Assembly: GCA_965235115.1 (NCBI GenBank)
Contig: OZ249436.1
Span: 25,422,001-25,486,000 of the forward strand
Direction of reading: 5' to 3'
Origin: Laetmonice hystrix
Taxonomy: Eukaryota
DNA length: 64,000 nt
Shown here: positions 54,277 to 64,000 of the stretch, piece by piece
Layout: every line of letters starts with the position of its first letter
Position numbering within the stretch: the stretch's first letter is position 1
Translations under genes and position numbers: made by a program
The notes under the pieces: generated by a model
Told to the model about the DNA's origin: nothing
The model's input: the letters and a program-made list of their open reading frames with translations, nothing else
The model's database searches: none

Positions 54277-55409
54277 GGCACGTTGTAACCGAAGGTTCAA
54301 CGAATTTTATGCAGGAAAACACGAGAGGCCTACTGTCTGAATCAGTGCCGTCATGGCAACAACTTTCTGGGTCATGTGTTGAATAATTATGTCACGCCGA
54401 ATCCCATCATGCATCATGCCGCAACCGGTTGACGACCGTGACGTTGTCCTTGAATCTTCCCACTTTCTTCAAGACACGCAGGGTAACGGTTTTCAGTGGC
54501 AACGGTCGCATTTTATCACTCTCAATCGTCTTAATTTTAGTTCATCCGAGGTTGAGTTTCTAGTCACGTCTTTATAAAATCGTCACCCGTCTTTTGTACT
54601 TGCTTTCATTTTCTAGGCATAGTCTGTTGGCCTAGGTTTAGCCATCTTTATATCTCCTAGGAGTTAGGCCTAGGCTAAGCAAAATGGCGTCTGGGTACGT
54701 CTTGATTCTTAATCTTAGTCTTAGTGACAGCATTCATCTTCGTCGTCCTGTCACAGATACCCAAGGGAGTTTAGTTCTAGAGTGAATCCGAATTTAACGT
54801 CACCGTTAGTTCTTTACTATCGGGGTAGATCTAGATCTAGTGAATGTGGCTGTAGTTTTGTTATAGACTAGATTAGTTGATTGATAATGATAGACACTAG
54901 GCTAGTCAGGCTAGCCGGTCTAACTGGATCGACTTGTCTTATGTCATGAATTTGATACTTAGCCTGAGCCTACATTAGCGTTTAATCTAACGACGTTAGT
55001 TATGACTATATCTACTAGTTTAGAATCTAGTAACCTCGTTAGTCACTTATTGACTTAGTGTTTGACGTTGGCTCTGAGGACGGGTGGCTACGTGTCGTGT
55101 CTATTAAAATGCCATTGAATTTTGTCGTGCGGGAGTAGATCTACAAGAGTGACCGTTTTGTTTTCATCCATCATTCATTGGTTATTTCCTATTGCCAATG
55201 TTTCCCTACACATGTAAATTATTGTATAAATGCTACCTTAACCTGATATATTATTACATTAAATTCATTCTATTGGCCACGGTTTCTTTATACATTATTG
55301 ATACATTACAATTTACAGCATATTTGTGAATGATGATTGATATGTATCCCGTATATACTGTACATTACGGGGCCTGTTTAATTAATCTGGCTACGTGTGT
55401 TGTATATAT

Positions 55410-58400
55410 ATATTTTTTATTGCTACATTATACACCTTATGATTGCTATATTTAGACCTTATTGGGAGACCATTTGGTTCTCTTTATTATTGGTCACATT
55501 TTATTACGATTGATATTAATGGGATTTAGATCCCTTATTTTTGTGTTGGGCTCTGTCATCGAGAGACTATCATGTTTTCTCCTTGATCAGTAGTTCCAAT
55601 TTTCTTTTCAGTCTTTATATGTTTATTATTGCTACAGTATACACCTTATTATTGCTATAGACCTTATTGGGAGACCGTTTGGTTCTCTTCATTATTGGTC
55701 ACATTTTATTATTTTTGATATTAATGGGATTAATATCCCGTATATTCTTGCGTTGGGCTCTGTCATTGAGAGACTATACTGTTTTCTCTTTGATCAGTAG
55801 TTCCAATTTTCTTTTCAGTCTTTATATGTTTATTATTGCTACATTATACACCTTTATTATTGCTATAGACCTTATCGGGAGACCGTTTGGTTCTCTTCAT
55901 TATTGGTCACATTTTATTATGATTGATAAAAATGGGATTTATATCCCGTATTTTTGTGTTGGGCTCTGTCATCGAGAGACTATCATGTTTTCTCTTTGAT
56001 CAGTAGTTCCAATTTTCTTTTCAGTCTTTATATATTTATTATTGCTACATTATACACCTTATTATTGCTATAGACCTTATTGGGAGACCGTTTGGTTCTC
56101 TTCATTATTGGTCACATTTTATTATGATTGATATTAATGGGATTTATATCCCGTATTTTTGTGTTGGGCTCTGTCATCGAGAGACTATCATGTTTTCTCT
56201 TTGATCAGCAGTTCTAATTTTCTTTCCAGTCTTTATATGTTTGTTATTGCTACATTATACACCTTATTATTGCTATAGACCTTATTGGGAGACCGTTTGG
56301 TTCTCTTCATTATTGGTCACATTTTATTATGATTGATATTAATGGGATTTATATCCCGGATTTTTGTTTTGGGCTCTGTCATCGAGAGACTATCATGTTT
56401 TCTCTTTGATCAGCAGTTCCAATTTTCTTTTCAGTCTTTATATGTTTATTATTGCTACATTATACACCTTATTATTGCTATAGACCTTATTGGGAGACCG
56501 TTTGGTTCTCTTCATTATTGGTCACATTTTATTATGATTGATATTAATGGGATTTATATCCCGGATTTTTGTTTTGGGCTCTGTCATCGAGAGACTATCA
56601 TGTTTTCTCTTTGATCAGCAGTTCCAATTTTCTTTTCAGTCTTTATATGTTTATTATTGCTACATTATACACCTTATTATTGCTATAGACCTTATTGGGA
56701 GACCGTTTGGTTCTCTTCATTATTGGTCACATTTTATTATGATTGATATTAATGGGATTTATATCCCGTTTATATATTTTTGCGTTGGGCTCTGTCATCG
56801 AGAGACTATACTGTTTTCTCTTTGATCAGTAGTTCCAATTTTCTTTTCAGTCTTTATATGTTTGTTATTGCTACATTATACACCTTATTATTGCTATAGA
56901 CCTTATTGGGAGACCGTTTGGTTCTCTTCATTATTGGTCACATTTTATTATGATTGATTGATATTAATGGGATTTATATCCCGCATATATATTTTTGTGT
57001 TGGGCTCTGTCATCGAGAGACTATCATATTTTCTCTTTGATCAGTAGTTCCAATTTTCTTTTCAGTCTTTATATTTTTTATTATTGCTATATTATGGTCG
57101 ATTCTCACCAACTGTCGACAACTGGAAATTCGCATTTCTGTTCTGAATAAATCTTTCAAAGTTATTTTCTTTTGATTTCCCCCTATTCCATCGTATCCGA
57201 CGTGTCGAGATCTTCACAAGGAACCCTACATTTGCATATCTATCATCAAAATCAAGGGAGATAGAGCAAAATTAAACACCAGGAAAGGCCATTTTTCACA
57301 AAAATCGCACAGATCATATAGTTAAAAGCATCTACGATTAGAAAAAATAAAACGAATGTAAGTTTTTTGATGATATTCAAGTAGTCTAAGGATTAAAGAT
57401 ATATTTTTTGTCTGTGCATCATGGGAATATTATTATAGAGATACACTGAGTGACTTGATAATGATTGTGTAATTTTTAGTAGTTACCCGTCATGCTTTAA
57501 TCAGCTGTCCCTGGTTCTCTCCAAAGATAAGGTGCACACGAAAAAAATGTGCTATCATAATGTTTAATACCTCTATATGTATGAAGGAAAAAATAGAGAG
57601 AAAATACCTTAAACATTGAACATGGTTCTCATGGACTTCTAAAACAATGGTTTGGTGTAGTTTTCTCGTAGTTACCCGTATGCACTTTACTATTGTACAT
57701 CTCGTGTAGTTTTTACATTTAATTATCTGTGGTCTGCCTATAATATCTTTATAATGTAAGGGACAATATGTGAAAATGATGAAATTGTACAAGCCCTGTA
57801 ATGGTCAGTACAGAGGTCAAGGTAACCAGCGTGGTTACCCGTCACGCGTGGTTACCCGTATCCCCCTGATGGTAATGCATGGAAATAGTCTGTGCCCGCC
57901 ACCTATCGACGAGATGTGAAAGTACTACGTCAGAAACAGACGTCAAACAACGTCGTTAGGTGTTTGCGGTCGTTTCACCGGCAAGTCTAGTCAACTTATG
58001 GTGTCACGGGTAACTACGGGGCGTACGGGTAACTACGGGGCGTACGGGTAACTACAGTCTTTTAGGGAGGAAAACTGATGTAATAGAAGCTTCGCTGGTG
58101 GTATTACTTTGTTTTAACCTATCAGATATTTGAGTTCTTTATATTTTTACCCAGATATGCCACGAACAAAACCGAAATACATTTATGTAGGTTTAGGGGC
58201 ATACGGGTAACTACACTCCAACTTTGCTCTGTTGCCATAGTTACAGTTTTATGATTTAATGTTCCCAACTTAGCCTGTGGATACCCTAACCCCTGTACTC
58301 TGTGCACACAAAAGATTTTTATTATTATACCAAATTTATTTTTTACCCCATTATCCTACCAGTTGTCGACAGTAGGTGAGAATCGACCTTATACACCTTA

Positions 58401-59471
58401 TTAAATATTGCTATATTTAGACCTTATTGGGAGACCGTTTGGTTCTCTTCATTATTGGTCACTTTTTATTATGATTGATTGATATTAATGGGATTTATAT
58501 CCCGCATATATATTTTTGTGTTGGGCTCTGTCATCGAGAGACTATATTTTCTCTTTGATCAGTAGTTCCAATTTTCTTTTCAGTCTTTATATTTTTATTA
58601 TTGCTATATTATACACCTTATTATTGCTATATTTAGACCTTATTGGGAGACCGTTTGGTTCTCTTCATTATTGGTCACATTTTATTATGATTGATTGATA
58701 TTAATGGGATTTATATCCCGCATATATATTTTTGTGTTGGACTCTGTCATAGAGAGACTATAATGTTTTCTCTTTGATCAGTAGTTCCAGTTTTCTTTTC
58801 AGTCTTTATATTTTTATTATCGCTACATTATACACCTTATTATTGCTATATTTAGACCTTATTGGGAGACCGTTTGGTTCTCTTCATTATTGGTCACATA
58901 TTATTACTATGATTGGAATTAATGGGATTTATATCCCGTATATATTTTTGTGTTGGGCTCTGTCATTGAGAGACTATCATATTTTCTCTTTGATCAGCAG
59001 TTCCAATTTTCTTTTTAGTCTTTATATTTTTATTATTGCTACATTATACACTGTCTTTATTAATGCTGTATTTAGACCTTATTGGGAGACCGTTTGGTTC
59101 TCTTCATTATTGGTCACATTTAATTATGATTGATATTAATGGGATTTATATCCCGTATTTTGTGTTGGGCTCTGTCATCAAGAGACTATCATGTTTTCTC
59201 TTTGATCAGTAGTTCCAACTTTCTATTCAGTCTTTATATTTTTATTATGGCTACATTATACACCTTGTTATTGCTATATTTTAGACCTTATTGGGAGACC
59301 GTTTGGTTCTCTTCATTATTGGTCACATTTGATTATGATTGATATTAATGGGATTTATATCTCGTATATATTTTTGTGTTGGGCTCTGTCATCGGGAAAC
59401 TATTGGGTTTTCTCTTTGATCAGCAGTTCCAATTTTCTTTCAGTCTTTATTATTTTATTATTGCTACATTT
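55410..59471. repeat. AT-rich ~205-219-bp tandem array (~13 copies) inside the Helentron-like element
   Basis: gaccttattgggagacc recurs at about 55455, 55660, 55868, 56073, 56278, 56483, 56688 and 56899. After the nested insertion it recurs at 58420, 58636, 58855, 59074 and 59284. Confidence 0.95.
57096..58388. mobile_element. Non-autonomous TIR DNA transposon (1293 bp), TTAT target duplication, GG...CC ends (Kolobok-like)
   Basis: The 30-bp TIRs at 57096-57125 (ggtcgattctcaccaactgtcgacaactgg) and 58359-58388 match at 29/30. TTAT is present at 57092-57095 and 58389-58392, and the empty repeat reads gctataTTATacacc. No transposase ORF. Confidence 0.88.
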
Positions 59472-59474
59472 TAC

Positions 59475-60835
59475 TTCGCTTCGGCGATACAATATATTAT
59501 TCTATCGGCCTGATATGACATTGGGAGATCGTTGGGCTTATGCTGGATTATCACCCCCTTCTCATGTCTGGCTCACATTTAGTTTACCCTATTGATTTTG
59601 TTTCAATACTTTGTTTTTGCTTTGATGATACAATATATTATTCTATTGGCCTGATATGACATTGAGAGATCGTTGGGCTTATGCTAGATTAGCAGCCTTT
59701 CTCATGTCTGGCTCACATTTTAGCCAATTGATTTTTGTTTCAATACTTTGTGTTTGCTTCGGCGATACAATATATTATTGCTTTTGTCCTGATATGACAT
59801 TAAGGGATCGTTGGGCTTATCCTGGATTAGCAGCCCTTCTCTGAGTTCTCATGTCTGGCTCACATTTACCCAATTGATTTTGTTTCAATACTTTGTGTTT
59901 GCTTCGGCGATACAATATATTATTGCTATTGCCCTGATATGACATTAAGAGATCGTTGGGCTTATGCTGGATTAGCGGCCCCTTCTTATGTCTGGCTCAC
60001 ATTTACCCAATTGATTTGTTTCAATTCATATTATATTACCTCAGTTGATGTGATATATTCACGATACATAGACTCTTTTATTGAGATATTATACTTTGTC
60101 TCTGCTTCAGTGATGCAATATATTTACTTGATATTGGCCTGATATGACATTGAGGGATCGTTGGGCTTATGCTAAATTAGCAGCCCTTCTCATGTCTGGC
60201 TCACATTTACCCGACTGATTTATTTCACTTCATACTGTATTACTTTACTTCATTACTGTTGATGTGACATGTACACGATACATAGTCTTTTTTATTGAGA
60301 TTATATAATATACTTTGTCTTTGCTTCAGTGATGCAATATTATATTTACTTGATATTGGCCTCATATGACATACCAGTCCCAAATTTTCAGTCTCTTAAT
60401 ATTTATATTATTATAATCTTTGCTTCAGTGATACAACATTATAGTTAATTGATATTGGCCGCTGCATATATGCCAATGCCAATGAAAGATCGTTGGGATT
60501 CGACTGTCCTGAGTTTGCAGCCCATCTAGGATCTGGCTCACATTTAACCATTTTATTTACGTTGCAATTACATCGAGTGATGTGATGCGTTCACGACATA
60601 AATGTTGTGTTCACTGTTAGGCTCAGCCATTGAGAGACCATCGAGTGTTCTGTTGGATCAGCGCGACAGCAGTTCAAATGTTCAGTCTCTTTTACATTTA
60701 TTTTACTTTTTGCTGCTTCAGAGATACATTATTATAATATTAACAATATTTTGTTGGCCGTATATGCCATTGGGAGATCGTGGGTTTCCCCTGGATTAGC
60801 AGCCTATCAGTATCACATGTGTGCCTAACATTTGA
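59475..60835. repeat. Degenerate ~140-bp (up to ~205-bp) tandem array
   Basis: gatatgacatt..gatcgttgggcttatgct..tctcatgtctggctcacattt recurs at about 59512, 59653, 59791, 59936 and 60141. Decayed copies lie near 60470 and 60765. Confidence 0.85.
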
Positions 60836-62012
60836 TTTACGTCCCATTTATATTATATTACATTTATGTTATTATACATGTACATATGTATTATTATTAC
60901 ATGTAAACCATGGTTTTTCGCCACTGATTGACATATCATCTAGGCTTATCTCTATCATCAAATTCGTAGATATCAGTTTAATTTCATAATCGTATATTAC
61001 GTAACGATTTACATTATGCTAAATGAATTATTCAGTATAATATTATACTTGCCCTATACGGCCAATGTTATACACAACATGAATTATTCAATCTGGGCGT
61101 TTTGTCATTGACTTTGGCTCTACAATGAGCCCTTCAATTCAATCAACTTCAATGAGCGGGTTGTTATCCTGGCCATGTTCCCTTGTATGGCTTCTGTTCA
61201 TGATGGCGACTACACGATTGAGGTATAAGCCCAAGCTCCCACGGAATTCTCCGATCTCCATGCCCCCATGCAAGAGGGAGCGTCTCATTATGGGTCAAGC
61301 GGAACCGGGTCGGCCTCGACTATTTCGCAAGGATTCGCGGCTGGTGTCCAGACGGTTCCCATTTACGACTGTTCAGGGAGGTTGGAGATAGGAGTTCGGC
61401 CCGGCCTGAGCCTCGACTGGGTACTCCAAGTCTCTTCCAGACCATTCTTGCTGTGGCCAGATGCAGTGGTGCAAGAGCAGATCTACGTGTGTGATCTGTA
61501 TGATCATATAATATTAGCAAAGAATGCTTTTCACCAACAATCGCGGTGTCTCCTTGAAACTCCGTATGGACGCTTCAGTTAAAATGGGATTTGGAGCGGT
61601 TTTTCGGATCTGACTAGATAATAGGCCTAGCCGGTGTCCATCTTCGTTGGATCGACAAGATGTTTTTATTGGAGCTATACCTCCATTCTTTTTGCAGTTG
61701 CCCTGTGTGGGGAATATGTTTGAAACTCCATGGTTGAGTTTCATACCATAATATTTGTGACACAATCATTAACTCAACTTGACCTTCAAAGAATCAAGGA
61801 AACAAGGGAAAGCAGATGATTTGCATCGGTTGCAGAATAGGCGTTTCATTTCCCTGCATCCCTGCACTGTGTGTTGTGGGTGGCTCCACCTGCTTGTTCC
61901 AAGCAGGTTAGTGGCCTGCGTCGCCACTCACATTTAACTGTTCAACACATTTTTAACCCTTTAACACATATTTTTGAACGATAATGTTCCTATTTTTAGA
62001 TTTGGGAACATA

Positions 62013-62310
62013 GACATTAATGGTTTCGAGACGGTGCAGTGTGGACTCACTGTCAAGAGTAATACCAATTCATGGACATTTACTTATTGTTACCGTTAGT
62101 TGTTATTTTCTACCATATCTATTCCCATGACAATGCAGTGTGGGCTCATTGTCAAAAATGGGACATTAATGGTTTCGAGACGGTGCAGTGAGGGCTCACT
62201 GTCAAGAGTAATACCAATTCATGGACATTTACTTATTGTTACCGTTAGTTGTAATTTTCTACCATATCTATTCCCATGACAATGCAGTGTGGGCTCATTG
62301 TCAAGAATGG
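62013..62310. repeat. 149-bp tandem duplication near the end of the Helentron-like element
   Basis: gacattaatggtttcgagacggtgcagtg... occurs at 62013 and 62162, near-identical. Confidence 0.9.
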
Positions 62311-62478
62311 GATGGTGACACCCTTTCTGTTCAGAAATAACCTAATTGTCCTAAACCTTTAATTAATGTTGGACACGTGCAGTGTGGGCTCACTGTCCAA
62401 CTTATATTTTTAATATTATAATAAACGGGTGTTGCCCAAATAACAACATTATCTGTTTCCGAGTGTTGCCTGCATAAA

Positions 62479-64000
62479 TACCATTATACCATCAACTCGC
62501 ATTACAGGCCTAATGCGAAGCTCCTAGCCTAAAACGAGTTTCCAATTAATTTAAAGTTAACAAGATGCACTAATAATCGATTCCAAGCCTAATTAGGCCA
62601 TTGCTAGTTGGATAACCAAATCTCATACAAAATACACCCTCCCGGCAGATGACCTGAGAATATTCAACTCTTATGTCCGATATATCCCTGTCCGCTTAGT
62701 AGCACCCAGCCGGGCCCCCATTTTGACATTGCAACACCAATACAGCAAGTGGCCAGCTAACAGCACAAATAACAGGATTCAGGGCTTCCTACCACGTTAC
62801 AAGTCACAATAGATTGCTGCCTGTCGTAAAAATATACCAGACCATTTTAAAAAGTCACAGAACCCCAATCCGGCCCTAGTATGTCACTCCCAGTACCAAT
62901 ACACGCTGGAAGCACCATCAACTGAAATTCAGGCCTAGAACCCACCTCTCTCTACCAATATCATGCACCTAGTCCGTATACGAGGTTGTAATTTACTTTA
63001 ATCAACGGGCTGCGCCGCAGCAACCCACTCTGGTCTTTGCAATCTTTTTCAATATGCGTTAACATTTGTGACCAGCTCAACGCGCCTTGTAAAATTTTTC
63101 AAAGTGCGTAAAAGTGTGTGTCCACCCCGACACGCTTTCCAAACCACTATACCCACCGAGCGACATCCACTCAAATACAGGCTTCGACCGATCCTCACTA
63201 TGCCAATAATCCGCAACAAGGCAAATTCAGTCAATGCAAGCTGGAAAATCGAATGTCACACCTAATGCTTCCCCCCCCCCAGCACGTTAACTGAAAATAA
63301 TCAACTAGCTTGAAAACTAGAATATAGCTTTGTTTAGCTAACAATCTACTCTCCCAGCGCCATCAACTCGCATACAGGCGTAAAAGCAAACGCACTGCCC
63401 CATATAATGCTCCCAGCCTAAAACGATGTTGCAATTAATTTAAAATTAACAAGATGCACTAGTCATCCGATCCAAGCCTAATTACGTCATTGCTAGTTTC
63501 ATAACCAAATCTCACAGAAAATACCCCACCCGGGCACATAACCTGAAAATATTCAACGTTTATCTCCAATGTATCCCTGTGCACCTAGTAGCACCCAAGC
63601 GAGCCCAATTTTGACATTCCAACACAAATACCGCAAATACCCGCCTAATGGCACAAAAAACTTTCTACCCTGTTGCAAGTCACATTAGCTTGCTGCTTGT
63701 CGTAAAAAATGGTGCAGACCATTTCTAAAGTCACAGTACCCCACTCCCGGCCTAATATTACGTTTCAGTATCCATATACGCTGCAAGCGGCAGGAACTCG
63801 AATACAGGCCTAAAAGTAACCCCAGTCTAGCAATATCATACTCCCATGCCATATACGAGCTTGTAATTATCTTTAATTAATGGGCTCCGCAGCACCAACC
63901 CACTGCATTAACATTTGTTTACCAGCTTAACACACCTTGTAAAATTTTTTCAAGTGCGTAAAAATGCGTGTCCACCTCCACATACTTTAAAAATCACTAT
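62479..64000. repeat. ~1.75-kb satellite, right segment (rest of monomer 30)
   Basis: The sequence resumes with taccattataccatcaactcg, exactly continuing the gcttaa left at 54271-54276. Confidence 0.97.

Larger units (their letters stand above)
54277..62478 (-). mobile_element. Non-autonomous Helitron2/Helentron-like (HINE-like) element, ~8.2 kb
   Basis: The minus strand begins TTTATGCAGGCAACAC (62478-62463). It ends with the inverted partner (54306-54322), then the hairpin CGTTG-AACC-TTC-GGTT-A-CAACG (54281-54302), then TGCC-TT. It is inserted at the satellite TT (AA on plus) with no longer TSD. It has internal tandem arrays and no Rep/helicase ORF. Confidence 0.75.

Noticed and set aside
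55410..59471. CRISPR-like array
   Set aside because: Whole units are repeated with no unique spacers. There are no cas genes and the context is eukaryotic.
55667..60989. Hydrophobic 'membrane protein' ORFs
   Set aside because: These are translations of T-rich tandem repeats whose unit length (205 bp) is not a multiple of three, so the frame shifts between copies.
2373..63265. Recurrent 61-78 aa ORFs (MTSSTRLVKFF..., MTEFAL..., MSTPTRFP...) as a tandem gene family
   Set aside because: They overlap in three frames on both strands and mostly use non-ATG starts. They appear or vanish with single SNPs or poly-C length, and have no recognisable domain. They are satellite artefacts.

Overview
Eukaryotic, probably animal, repeat-rich DNA with no recognisable host gene. 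About 52 kb is a head-to-tail array of about 30 near-identical ~1.75-kb satellite monomers. Each monomer is an old dimer of two diverged halves (~850 and ~905 bp). Two insertions interrupt the array. (1) 35718-39448: a minus-strand tyrosine-recombinase retroelement with Ngaro/PAT-type split direct repeats (A1-ORFs-B1-A2-spacer-B2). It keeps an intact Gag-like ORF and an in-frame RNase H-YR ORF, but has no reverse transcriptase domain. It integrated at an AATG core that also forms its internal A/B junction. (2) 54277-62478: an ~8.2-kb non-coding Helitron2/Helentron-like element with an asymmetric inverted repeat, a terminal hairpin and a TT target. It carries its own ~205-bp and ~140-bp tandem arrays and a nested 1293-bp TIR transposon with a TTAT duplication. 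The short ORFs repeated throughout the ORF track are satellite artefacts. All calls were made by eye, with no database search.
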